A DNA stretch of 64,000 bases from Phoronis australis (lineage: Eukaryota > Animalia > Phoronida). The stretch covers positions 395,762-459,761 of the forward strand of contig NMRA01000249.1 of NCBI GenBank assembly GCA_002633005.1, in the 5' to 3' direction. The notes under the pieces were generated by a model. That model saw only the letters and a list, made by a program, of their open reading frames with translations, had not been told where the DNA came from and did no database searches. Each line of letters opens with the position of its first letter. The first letter of the stretch is position 1. Both the position numbers and the translations under genes were made by a program. Shown here piece by piece: positions 50,901 to 61,586 of this stretch.

Positions 50901-53900
50901 AATTAATTATTTATTCAATTTATTTATTTATTTATCTGTCATATATTTCATGTCACTTTATCGTACATTCTACATGTATTTCAACTCATTTCACCCATAC
51001 CTAGTTCGGTTCAAATATTTAATTAATCCTGTATATTTATTCATTTTTCATTATTTATTCTTAATATCTTTTTATTTTCTGTATGGACCACTACGGAAAT
51101 ACGTTCTCCCCGTAGTGTTTGCACGTATTATATTTAAAGATGTTTAGTATCTGTCTTTGCAACATGTCCATCAATCTTTGCAGACATTTTATTTCACATC
51201 GTTTTTTGCTTTAATTGTGTATATGACATGTTCAGATGAATAAACGAAGTAAGGCTAATCTGTCCATTATACCTATTTCTTTCAGCGAAACCACGTTCTT
51301 CTTTCAATTTCAGGGCAGCTGCTACCGTATTCTAATTCGCTTGCACGCGCCAGTGGGTGAGGCTTTTAAACGGTGTGTGGAAGAAGAGAACTCTAATATA
51401 TTCAGACAGGATTTTCACAAAGATTATGCCGCGGAAGGCGCCTGCCCTTCGGCTAAGGTTAAACAAGTCCTAGCTCATGTTGGAAGCGGTAATTAGCCTC
51501 TTGCAGAATTGTAATCGTATCGTAATTTATACACGGTAGGCATGTACAGCAACTACTCCAGCCAACGAGCAAACATTTTATTTTGAACACGGGCGGTGGA
51601 GAAGTTGGATTTGCCACCCCAAACTAATTTTTTAAAAATTTTTTGCTCATTTTCCTTCAATTGAAGCATATTAAAGTAAATACAGAATTCATGGGATTCT
51701 GATACACGTTTTAAAAGACGCGTGCAGGCCTCGCATGTGGGCCCATTGCACTCCTCACCTGAGTGGGGCCATTTTATTAATGTATACAGTGTAGTTAAAA
51801 CTGAGCTGAGAACCAAGAAACCTGACACAAGGGTTTAGCAGTGTTACCCAGTGGGACTTAAACCCACGACCTCGAATTTAGGAAACGGTTACCTTTCTCA
51901 CCAGGCCACATTGTCACTTGTGGTTGTGAAAATATTTGTTTTGTCAACTTAGAAGAGATTTCCAGGCGTGAGTTGAATCGAACATAGGTTGATAGGTCAT
52001 TTTATGCACCGACCATGGTTTCAAGAACAAGATGGTAATTTTAATTAGTGGTACACGTATTAACTAAACTACGCATTTAGCTGTTTTAATCTGTAACTAT
52101 TAAAGATGAAAGTAAGTTACCGACCTCGTTCTGCTGTAGCACTACAAAGGTGTCGTTTGGACAAATTAAATTTCTGTGAAAGCCAGAAAATCCCACTCCG
52201 ATCCATCCAATACAGGGATGTGCTGTACACAAGATTGCTTTAAACTATTATCTAGGACTGACTAGGCTAGTTCGTCTGGTTCCAACTGTGTGAAAAATAC
52301 ATGTAAGATGTGGGTAAGGGCGTGGTACGTTTCGTTACAGATTGGACAACTCCTGTTACCACCTCCGCAAGTACCACAATTACGCAAAGTACTCTATCTG
52401 TTACGTCAACATCTTCACTCACTTCACTGCCTCCTAATAATGGTATGTTGTTCAACGTAAATGCATTCCTTCAATGGATGTTTGCAATTTCTTGAGGTTT
52501 GAGATCGTGTATAAAAATTGTAGGACATTAAACGTAACTAAGCAAACCTTTTTGTAAAATAACCGAGGGACTTTGAATATAAAAAATGATGATTATTTGA
52601 ATTACCGCCACAGGATGGGGAAGACGTTGATAAATTAGCAGCATATATGCAATGGCGGATAGTCATTTTGTAACTTACGGAGACTTAGAGAGCAAACTTG
52701 ACGAATATTATGAAGACAGTAACGGAGATGGAGTGAAGATGACACCCAGGTCAAAAGTGAAACGAGTGATGAGATAATCAGCCAGTTAGGTGTATGAAGA
52801 CTATCCTCAAAATAGAGCTAGGTGCCACTGTGTGTTAAGTTTTGACAGACATCGATTTTGCACATAGTCCCCTTTATTTTTGATTGCACCTCGCCGTGAA
52901 ACTTGCTTTAGCATATAAAGCTAAAGGCCTGCAGGGGCGCATTCGAACTTTGGGAATCAACGGACACTCACCTTGCCCGTTACAACTGTTTAAATGAATA
53001 ACAGTCTATTTAACGTCACTTTCTTGCGTAATTTTCCGCTTTTTGTAGCAAAAATGTATGTCGTTTTGAGAACAGTGCACTGGTGACATGCGCACTCGCC
53101 ATTTCCTAAATTTTCCAACACTAGTAGAAAAATAGTTTACTTAAAGAAGAAAGTACTTTTGTTTTAATTGTATTAACTTTGTGTCAGGCTTTGATCCGGT
53201 CAGTTTTTTTGCCCACATCGGCTCTAATCTAGAGGTATAGCTTTGCACCTAGGCTAAGTTAGACCTCGTCGTATCGGCAATCTTTGCGTCTTTGAGGACG
53301 TACGAACTCGACCATCCCGCATCGCCGTCTTCAGCGATAGAAGCCGTCTCGGAGGCTACTCAGTCTTTGAGACGTGCTAGATATAACCGTGTTTGATTCA
53401 AGGTTTAATTTTCCAACCACTTATTAAGTGTTGAGTAATATGTGTGTCGAACAGTATATCAAATCGAAATTTTAGCTGATTGTCAGCTATACTGTATTAA
53501 TGTAGCTGGCGCATGTTGATTCCATTCTAATACTTGCGCGCATGTGCATGTACGTCACTGAGGCTTAAGACATTATTTGACGTTTCTGCTTGTATACCAT
53601 ATGCCACCTGTTCACCAGGTGAGTGCTTTACGACGGACCATTTTCGACAAAAAAGTTCCTAAATACAATTGGCGATTTTCAACGTACTCCATCGTCACAT
53701 TATCATTTGACCATGGAATCACAGGGATAATGGATTAGCGTGCACGTTTCACTTGAAGGACAATTTTCCTACAGATCATTTAGTAATGCAACGGAAAAGG
53801 ATTGATTGAAATTTTCTGATATAATCTCACAAAGTCACGAAAAAGAAACATGTTACTCACGTGTTATAGTTTATTACGTATAACGTGGCTGTGATGCAAC

Positions 53901-56900
53901 CGCACTATCTGCGTGCTTCTTGGATCGAAAAAGGTGATTTGGGAACTGGTACAAAGGAGCTTTAAACTCAGCTTGTGACTAAACATTTTACGCCACCTTT
54001 ACAATATATGTACCAGTGAAGACAAAACTCTTGGTATTTCTTTACACTGGACTTCATTAAATCTTCGACATATTTTGAGGGGTTGTGCGTTAGTAGTTAT
54101 TCTTAAGAAACTTGCACGGGTCCAAGAAACTGTCGGGGGTTCGATTTTTGATGACCGCATAAAGTGTAAATGTATAACGGATTGATGTGTACATGATCAT
54201 GTGAGGCAATCGTGCAGACGAAGATCAGCAAATATTTGGAGTTCAAGTGAAACTCCAAAAAACGCAATAGCTTGATCAAGAATTAATCGAAAAACACGTT
54301 AATATGAGCAAATTCGGAGCATATTTGGGGCCTCTCAACTTTCCTGGGATGCTTCGATTCCAAGTCTTCTCTCGGTTATTCGTCAAGGCTGTTCGCGTTT
54401 GTCCTCGAGAATTGTGGTATTTTGTTTTGAGTAACTAAAAAATTGATTTATTTTTCACAATAAGAAGCTAATCTTGCAAGATTGGATGATACTTCAGTGA
54501 ACGTAGCGGCGGCATGAATTTGGGAAATCATCCTATACCAAATTAGGGAAGTACACAAGGAGATTTGTCTGTTTGAAATAAGTCCAAAAAATATTAATGA
54601 ATTTCGGACAGTTCTACATGTTGTGCCAAAATGTACCTATGTTTATCGACTTATCAGCATGATAAGTAGTCGAACTTTACAAACAGACACCAAAACCGAT
54701 TGACTGCCTTTCCACAAAAGCAGCAAATGGTCGACAGCAGAGACCTCAATTTTGGCCATTATTCTTTTAGTAAGAGCGTCATGATTTGTTTTGTCCAAAA
54801 TATCATATTTTTAATTCAAAGAGGCTCATGAAGTAAAATAATTTGCAAGCGTTTTAACTGAATGTGAGAGAAGACGATGCATGGTGGTCCTGAAACTATA
54901 CGTGTACGATGTGTTCATGTAGACAATGGGTCCTCAAAGGATTTTCAGTGAACTTTAATTACAACTTCTAAAACTTGATGAATCATCTTCTCATTTTGTT
55001 TTTAATTTAATTTTACCCGTTTTTGAAATGGCGTGGGTGCCTGTTTGCGGTGAGGTGATAATGTCTTATTTTAATATGTTCCTTTAGTTTGTGGAAGTTA
55101 ATATCTGTTAACGGGTGGAGTAACAAATGGAAACATCCTGTTCATGATCTGTACATGTAGATATCAGTTAACGCTCAGCAGTCAACTGAACAAAAACTTT
55201 GTGACGACACGTACATGTAGAGATGCTGCTTTTTTCATATACACTGCTTTTATATTTCTCCATTAAAACCTAATATGTTTTGTCGGTCGCTCTAATGCTC
55301 TCCGTTGGTCACAGCAATAAACAGAAAGCATACTGAAATGATAAGAAACCCTGTCTCCACGATCTCACCCAGAACTGATTTTGTCATGCACGGCCATGCG
55401 CCCATTCTCAATAAGAATGACCAAATGCGAAATGAGGATTCATAAAAGTAAAGTTGATTTGTGATTGTCAAATTTGACTCATTTATACAAAAGGTTATTT
55501 TAAGATTTTAAACCAGAAACAAAGTAACAATTTTTCCTGAATTTTTGCTTAGTTTTTGGTCACAATGTACTGCACCATTAGAAACGTGACTGAGGAAGTG
55601 TCAATCGAAATTCTGTTGTTGAGGAAACTGTGTTGTCAAATCTTGTCGTATGTTCGAGTTTTCAAGATGGCATAGGCGCGAAATTGGACTATCCGAGTAA
55701 GCTTAGCAAGTTTGTTCAAATAATCAGGTCCACGTTGATAAAATTTACAGTGCACTAGACTACAGTGCCCGGTTGAATGAAATACATGTAGTCCCAAATA
55801 GGGTCTCAACTAAGGTCCCTAAATCTACAGCGTATTTGCGGGTTTGTGAAAACACTTATGGTGCTATCTTATGCTGTTTTAGTATCATTAGAAAGCCTAT
55901 TTTTGGCTTTGATTCAAATCAAGAGTGAAATATAGATTGAATATCGTGGAAAATACGGATTTTTTCATGCAACTCACCCAATTAAAGGACTAAGTCACTA
56001 ACCGTTTTGATTAAATTAAGGGCTCAGTTTTTAGTTATATTATTAGAAAATGTCATTAGTCAAAGAAGAGCTCATAATAAAGATTAAATTATAGAAAAAA
56101 TATTACACCTGTGCCTAAAGAACGAAGCAAATACGAAAAAGATTTAGGGACCTTAGTTGAGTCCCTATTTGGGGCTGTTTCATGCAACCGGACGCAAGTT
56201 ATTCAAAAATTTACTTTTACGCTATATGCATTGTTTTTTTTTCAACTATTGGCGATCTCATTCACTAAGCAATAGTTTGTTAATCATTCATGTATTTTTC
56301 CGTCATATACAGTATATCTACATGTATGTGATTTGCCAGGGTGAAAAGAGTAAAAAATGATGTAGCGGGAATTATTATATGTTAATGAGCACGCTAAGAA
56401 ACGGAAATAGGCAGTGCAGAAAAGTAGATAAGAGGTGGCTCCTCGGTCAACGGAACAAAACTTTCGTGAAACTACATAGGGATGTTGATTTTACTTGAAC
56501 TTGCCCGCGCATTTTAGCCATTGAAGTCTGGCTTCTCTAATTATCACCTCCCATATAAAAAGCCATTCAACTGCTTATAGTCTATTCACCACACTTCAAA
56601 TGAATCAAAGCCATTGCAGTTTCAGCAGTTTGTTTTAGTACTTTTTACATAACAGGGTTCAGTGGATCTTTGACAACACACCACTATTATTGAAAAATAA
56701 TTGTTATATCACCTATAGCAAAACAATAACTCAATGATTCACACTGATATAATTGTTACCAATTATTTCTACGTTGAGATCCGCTCATAGTTATTTGGAT
56801 GAACTTGTTGCTGTAGTAATTATGATAAGGGAGCTAAGTATATTACGACTTCAGTCATTTTACTAAAACAGATTACGGGATTTGAAACCTCATCTCAAAA

Positions 56901-59900
56901 CAAATTGTACCTTGACGTGAAGTTGAGCTCGTGGGCAACCCGCTTCACTCCATACAATACGCAAATAGAATTGCAAAAAGCGGCTTCGAGCAATTGTCCC
57001 AGTAGTAGCCAAATGTTATCCTGTTTGCCCATCCTCCCTTTTTCTAGAAACATAGCCCTACATTGTAAGTTGACTCATGCCTCTTGTTACAGATGCGACA
57101 TCTACGGGACATTCGCAAAGTGCTCCACCTCTTACGCCAACGCTTCCGCCAAATCAAATGCCCGGTGGTAGCAGTGGTAAGTCACACTAGAATAGTTAAT
57201 GCCATATTTCACGAGAAAAGCAAAGCAAATAAGGTTCATGTCTATCTAAAACATTGTGTACCATGAGCGGCATAGAAATTTGTTGATTTACCAGTGTAGT
57301 GACAACACGATGAGCACTTATCAAGTTTTTTCATCAACATCCTCGTCACTGTCAGCAAAAATTTTGAGCCACAATCTAACCAGTGACACAGCTTGAAACA
57401 CGGCAACCCCGATTTGAAACAGAATCGCATTTTGTACATTTTTTATAACAGTATTTTGCAGGTAATATTTTCACGGCATATTTTCTGGGATTAACAGCAG
57501 ATTCATCAAATGAAATTTCAGACTACATTGTACTGTGCTCCAACAAGAACTCATTATTTTTGGAAGGCTAGTTTGGGATTAGCACACTGATAATTTGCAC
57601 TTTTGGTTTGTAGCAGCAATCAGGCATTAACAGGAGGTAAAGATGACCCATCACTGATTTCAAACTGTACATGTATATGTCGTAGCATGCTTCATAAACT
57701 GTAGGTGATGAGTTACGTAAAGCTTACGTACAAAGGATTCAGTGCCCTTCGTTATAAGAATTGGTCAGAAAACTAAAATATTGAGCTTAACTTTTGAAAA
57801 CATTCAGATACTGTTGGATTGTGCAACAGCAACTGTAGAGCGTTCGCCTTGCCTTTTCTCTTCGAAGGTCATTAATTTCATCACTACCTGTGAAAATGTG
57901 TAGACCAGGCAATGGCTGAGCCTGGACTATGAGATCAAGAGACTATATGTAAATTTAAATCAATTAACTCAGGAGCTCTGAGATGTGTATGTAAATATCT
58001 CGAGTGATACCGAAATGCTTGTTGCATGGGCCAAACCTTAAACCATTACATCTGTGCCAGGGCTTTTGAAGATAACTTTGAAGAGTGCCTGACTGCAGCT
58101 TGATGATCGTGCAATAACAAACGCGTTCTCCGCCTCTTCATGACGGCTTGTGAGTTCCGGAATATTGTGGTCAACGACCTTTCCGATATTGTATAAAATG
58201 ATGACGTGACACAACCTTCTGCGGGCGCCATATGTACTGCAATTTTGCCCTTTAATTGCCTTAGCATCGCCACTTGCCCTTTGTTTAAACAGAAAGTCAA
58301 CAAGCACCTCCATGCCATTGTCACAAACCTCTTGAACTGCTGATTTTCTGAAAAGGCAGGGTAATTTGTCAGCTTTCATCAAAGTAAACCTTAAGAAAAT
58401 GAGCAACACCATCGCCATTGATTGTGCTGTTCAGTTGTAATTAAACAACATACATGTATGTGGTAAACTTTTGAGCATCTGTCGCATCAGGGTTTGAAAC
58501 ACTGAAAAGTTTCCAATCCCCATGTTGCCCATCCTCCCTATTTCTAGAAACATAGCCCTACATTGTACATGTAAGTTGACTCATGCCTTTTGTTACAGAT
58601 GCGACATCGACGGGACATTCGCAAAGTACTCCACCTCTTACGCCAACGCTTCCGCCAACTCAAAAGCCCGGTGGGAGCAGTGGTAAGTCACTCTAGAATA
58701 TTTAATGCCATATTTCACAAGAAAAGCAAAACAAATAAGGTATATGCGGATCTAAAACATTGTGTACCCTGAGCGGTATAGAACTTTGTTGATTTACCCA
58801 GTGTAGTGACAACACGATGAACACTTATGAAGTTTTTTCTTCAACATCCTCGTCATTGTCAGCAAACATTTTGAGCCACAATCCAATCAGTGACACAGCT
58901 TGAAACACGGCAAATCCGATTTGAAACAGATTGAATCGCATTTTGTACCACAGCAAATTTTTTAAAACAGTACTTTGCAGGTAATGTTTTAATGACATAT
59001 TTTCTGGGATTAACAGCAGATTCATCCAATGAAAGCTCAGACTACAGTGTACTGTGCTCCAACAAGAACTCATTATTTTTGGAAGGCTAGTTTGTGAGTA
59101 GCACACTGATAATTTGCACTTTTGGTTTGTAGCAGCAAGCAGTCATTAACAGGAGGTAAAGGTGACCCATCATTGATTTCAACCAGAATATGTCGTAGCA
59201 TGCTTCGTAAACTGTAGGTGATGAGTTACGTAAAGCTTACGTACAAAGGGTTCAGTGCCCTTCATTATAAGAGTTGGTCAGAAAACTAAAATATTGAGCT
59301 CAACTTTTGAAAACAACCAGATACTGTTGGATTGTGCAACAGCAACTGTAGAGCGTTCGCCTTGCCTTTTCTCTTTGAAGGCCATAAATTTCATCACTAC
59401 TTGTGAAAATGTGTAGACCAGGCAATGGTTGAGCCTGGACTATGAGAGAAAGAGACTACATGTAAATTTAAATCAATTACTGTGGAGCTCTGAGACGTGT
59501 ATGTTAATATCTCGAGTGATACCGAAATGCTTGTTGCATGGGCCAAATCTTAAACCATTACATCTGTGCCAGGGCTTTTGAAGATAATTTTGAAGAGTTC
59601 CTGACTGCAGCATGATGATCGTGCAATAACAAACGCGTTCTCCGCATCTTCATGATGGCTTGTGAGTTCCGGAATATTGTGGTCTACGACCTCTCTGTTG
59701 TCGTATACATTGATGACATGACACAAACTTCTGTGGGTGCCATTTATGCTGCAATTTTGCCCTTAATTGCCTTAACATTGCCACTTGCCCTTTGTTAAAC
59801 AGAAAGTCAACAAGCACCTCTTTGCCATTGTCACAAAACCTCTTGAACTGGGCTGATTTTTTGGAAAGGCAGGGTAATTAATTCGTCAGCTTTCTGAGCT

Positions 59901-61586
59901 CTAAGATGTGTATGTTAATATCTCGAGTGATACCGAAATGCTGGTTGCATGGGCCAAACTTCAAACCATTACATCTGTGCCTCGGCTTTTGAAGATTATT
60001 TTGAAGACTGTCTGACTGCATCATGATGAGCTTGCAATACTAAACGCGTCTCCGCCTCTTCATGATCGCTTGTGAGTGCTGTAACATTCTAGTCAACGAC
60101 CATTCCGCTGTCGCATACAGTCTACACTGATGACATGACGCAAACTTCTGCGGACGCCATATATAATTTTGCCTTTAATTGCCTTAGCATCGCCACTTGC
60201 CCTTTGTTTAAACAGAAAGTCGACAAGGACCTCCTTGTCATTATCACAAAACCTCTTGAACTGCTGAATTTCTGAACAGGCAGAGTAATTCGTCAGCTTT
60301 CATCAAAGTAAACCTTAAGAAATTGAGTATCACTGCCGCCATTGATTGTACTGTTCAGCTGTAATTAAACAACACATGGTAAACTTTTGAGCATCTGTTT
60401 CAGCAGGCTTTGGAAAACTGAAAAAATTCCAATCCCCATGGGATAAGTAGATTTTGTGTGAAATTGAGAAGCGTTTACAATGGCACGGAAGTTTATTTGA
60501 ATGCGTCTTGTTTTAGGGGGTCCGTAATTGGAATAATATTTTTTGCAGTCTAGGCTAGAAATTCTCCACTTCGGGAATGTCTCCAAAATTTTTAACACCG
60601 AAATCTGAACAAACACTGAATTTTCTTGTTAAAAAATTGAGCACCGGCAATTTTTGCCCTTGTACGAGAATATTTCTTAACTTTAAAACACTTCGATTTT
60701 TTCATGACAGAGTATTAAAATAGGTTGGAATGTTCATAAAAAGCACTGCTGATCACTTACACGTAGGTAGAAGATCCCGTCAACACCTACATGTATGATG
60801 TTGCAAACTTTATCTCAACGAAATTGATTAATTTTTTCTATATCGCAAACTAGAAATGTATAGCTATACATATTTTCTAATTCAGGTTCTTCTCAGCCAA
60901 TGTTTCAAAGATGGGAAGGATTTTATAAAAATATAGTCACACGTTTGCATGCGTGAGCTTCCAGGTTAAGAAAATTATGATCGACAAAGCATTCATTATT
61001 TGAGGTAGAAACACACCAACACCATTGTTTAAACAGAAAATCATAACTTCAAGCCTGGTGTTTAGGTCTTGGTAGAAATAATTTTTCACCTCGTCTGCAT
61101 GGTTTCATATTCGAACATAAGATAATGCTTTTGTTTTTTTTCTGATATTCAACCTGTTGCAATTATTCTTTTGCTTTTACCAACCAGTCATAATCAAAAT
61201 TGCAATTACAGTCAGTTAAAAACTCAATCTTTAGGATAAAAAATATTCTTTTGTTCACGCTAAAATGCAAAGCTCATGACCTGTGTGACGCTTATTCAAA
61301 CAAATGCAAGTTTTCTTGGCTTGATTTTGGGCACACGTTTACGTATGACATTCTACCAAAAGCTTCGTTAGCTTACGATCTCAATTTAAACGATTTATCA
61401 AACAAATTTTGAACAGATTTGCAACGTGCAGCAATTTTGTCGATTCCACAATACATGTAGGGCTTTGCACAATATCTTTGTATCGTTACAGGTCAGACTA
61501 GCGAGGCTGCAGGGATTGTGCCATCAACATACTCAACTATCCTGTGTGCGTCACTCCTGTCTGTTGTCCTTGTTACACCCCAGTAG
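20861..61586 (+). CDS. Predicted 404-aa GPI-anchored cell-surface glycoprotein with two tandem 8-Cys domains, each followed by a Thr/Ser-rich stalk (family not recognised)
   Basis: Ten GT-AG exons (76+54+188+175+105+57+188+175+102+95 = 1215 nt) join in one open frame from ATG to TAG; hydrophobic N-terminus and GPI-signal-like C-terminus. Confidence 0.75.
21757..25430. mobile_element. Old DNA-transposon-like element bounded by ~60-bp inverted repeats
   Basis: 21757-21814 (…aaaacttacaaaaattagcgacgttgcgt) is the reverse complement of about 25371-25428. An internal minus-strand GKKNKLKPTA*PSI near 23630-23675 resembles a THAP C-terminal box. Confidence 0.45.
24600..25325 (-). mobile_element. Penelope-like element 3' relic with GIY-YIG endonuclease
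   Basis: HKPFNSLRSQLVNVKDKTPKGNKSRVVYCVQCKDRQCSDSYIGETKQ...GVKEA...RPCLNKRGGLRFDLSNIWD, with stops and frameshifts. Confidence 0.9.
28035..28088 (+). CDS. GPI-protein exon 2 (module 1 start)
   Basis: tttcag(cag) acceptor, gtagga donor, phase 1-1; AISLEPTFNCPPSDTVT; paralog at 42517. Confidence 0.75.
28579..28766 (+). CDS. GPI-protein exon 3 (Cys domain 1, N half)
   Basis: tttcag acceptor, gttagt donor; RMAYFQINSTLCGGQ...PTCDITRIN. Confidence 0.85.
30044..32709 (+). mobile_element. Degenerate Kolobok-type element
   Basis: TTAA on both sides, short TIRs aggagaatgccac / gtgacatgctcct; decayed THAP domain at 30216-30400 (CIVPACPN*...LPRESEMLRKW...KHLRVCG). Confidence 0.7.
31284..32290. mobile_element. 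Helentron-associated (HINE/DINE-1-like) non-autonomous element with tandemly reiterated end
   Basis: Terminal hairpin ttattgtcac-ggc-gtgacaataa, TGACCT(TTGACCT) body, (AAGAAT)n microsatellite, five copies of a ~58-bp end module with hairpin ctctgcgc…cgcgcagag. Confidence 0.65.
35408..35582 (+). CDS. GPI-protein exon 4 (Cys domain 1, C half)
   Basis: ttctttcaatttcag acceptor, gtaatt donor; GSCYRSLIRLHAPVGEAFKRC...GACPSAKVKQVLAHVGS. Confidence 0.85.
35860..36050 (-). mobile_element. Decayed tRNA-derived SINE
   Basis: Minus strand tgtcctagtgag (A-box-like) and ggttcaaatcc (B box); a copy at the same position of the duplicate (about 51720-51910). Confidence 0.55.
37327..37431 (+). CDS. GPI-protein exon 5 (mucin-like stalk 1)
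   Basis: ttacag acceptor, gtatgt donor, phase 1-1; WTTPSTTSASTTITQSTTSVTTTSPPTTFHPTTV. Confidence 0.85.
38930..39140 (+). mobile_element. Penelope-like terminal repeat fragment with hammerhead-like motif
   Basis: TTGACAAA-GACCTGG-AGGA-CCAGGTC-GAAA-CGTC, preceded by LNRD…GLHLQVPPMYSNIL resembling a PLE ORF end. Confidence 0.55.
39440..40447 (+). CDS. Truncated Kolobok transposase ORF (THAP, Ser-rich linker, CxxC…CxxGH finger; DDE domain deleted)
   Basis: MPHCCCVPGCTN…HRFP…W…VCGKHF…LKKDAIPSV THAP signature; KFIVDLSKVLELFRRCQVC…CVAGHSGKW. Confidence 0.85.
   Translation: MPHCCCVPGCTNYRLTRALGVPLHRFPMDDTLRRTWLVRAKNAELPDHATYKAMENYSVCGKHFLPSDYERDLYAELMKVPAKHCLKKDAIPSVLIPGSAPLPPPRSAFLKREASQAVASTVTGSSGDTSYTVTRASERTPERSISGTSSDSPCAVFSSPEPLSSPAAILSSGSDYRLSSTPSEEDSSSSSEHIGEPNFDKFIVDLSKVLELFRRCQVCGEGVTRHDVSSLGAQVTIQWECVAGHSGKWDSCSSVRGMPEVHLTMSSSGLASSNSEQHKHSIEVGITTPTVHLHQDVSPRLFSVAASFLSIAAYACAYSASLYSGSNMYPPTECP
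40230..40443 (-). pseudogene. KolX accessory gene relic (P2X7-tail-like Cys motif)
   Basis: GYMFEPEYNEAEYAQA*AAIERNEAATENRRGDTSWCKCTVGVVMPTSMECLCCSEF, convergent with the transposase. Confidence 0.8.
42517..42573 (+). CDS. GPI-protein exon 6 (module 2 start)
   Basis: tttcag acceptor, gtagga donor; TTRPKPPPFSCPPSNTVT. Confidence 0.75.
42911..43664. mobile_element. Unclassified ~750-bp insertion in the module-2 intron
   Basis: Absent at the paralogous site near 28497 (ggaaccatat/ggctgtctac); contains a gaccgagaccgaaggtcgaggtt hairpin. Confidence 0.6.
43732..43919 (+). CDS. GPI-protein exon 7 (Cys domain 2, N half)
   Basis: Identical to exon 3 except one synonymous change. Confidence 0.85.
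46230..48660 (-). mobile_element. Degenerate non-LTR retrotransposon (APE-RT, CR1/L2/Jockey-like)
   Basis: Minus-strand TRENSILDILLANNP (APE end), NYHPISLTCISSKLLEH, LDFPKAFDK, CVPQSLALGRALF, WDP; many frameshifts. Confidence 0.85.
49230..50700 (+). mobile_element. Ty3/Gypsy integrase relic with possible 3' LTR fragment
   Basis: LHEPHLGVESTLRRAREGLYWLGM…QCDAC zinc finger; YGIPSAIMSDPGSQYTSMEF, SSPKHSHSNRKVESAVK, RSYEVQT…RNRVHL, RNRRPPSYLKDY. Confidence 0.9.
51314..51488 (+). CDS. GPI-protein exon 8 (Cys domain 2, C half)
   Basis: Three differences from exon 4 (one S-to-I, two synonymous). Confidence 0.85.
52341..52442 (+). CDS. GPI-protein exon 9 (mucin-like stalk 2)
   Basis: ttacag acceptor, gtatgt donor; WTTPVTTSASTTITQSTLSVTSTSSLTSLPPNN. 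Confidence 0.85.
55766..56194. mobile_element. PIF/Harbinger-type MITE
   Basis: ~55-bp TIRs (cccggttgaatgaaa…ctcaactaaggtccctaaatc and inverse), flanks cag/caa. Confidence 0.75.
57024..60440 (-). mobile_element. Tandemly duplicated relics of an Academ-type transposase C-terminus
   Basis: LTSRHEEA…RLLLH…SPGTDV (XPG/PIN-like), ALPGLHIFTGSD, LPP…KSANYQ, CFKSGLPCFKLCHWLDC; ~1.5-kb unit twice, the second with an extra ~410-bp internal duplication. Confidence 0.8.
61492..61586 (+). CDS. GPI-protein terminal exon (GPI-anchor signal)
   Basis: ttacag acceptor in the required phase 1; GQTSEAAGIVPSTYSTILCASLLSVVLVTPQ-stop (small residues, spacer, hydrophobic tail). Confidence 0.65.

Larger units (their letters stand above)
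27900..53490 (+). repeat. Intragenic tandem duplication of a four-exon module (about 27900-38700 vs 42400-53490)
   Basis: Collinear exons and alignable intron segments, interrupted by different transposon insertions in each copy. Confidence 0.9.
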
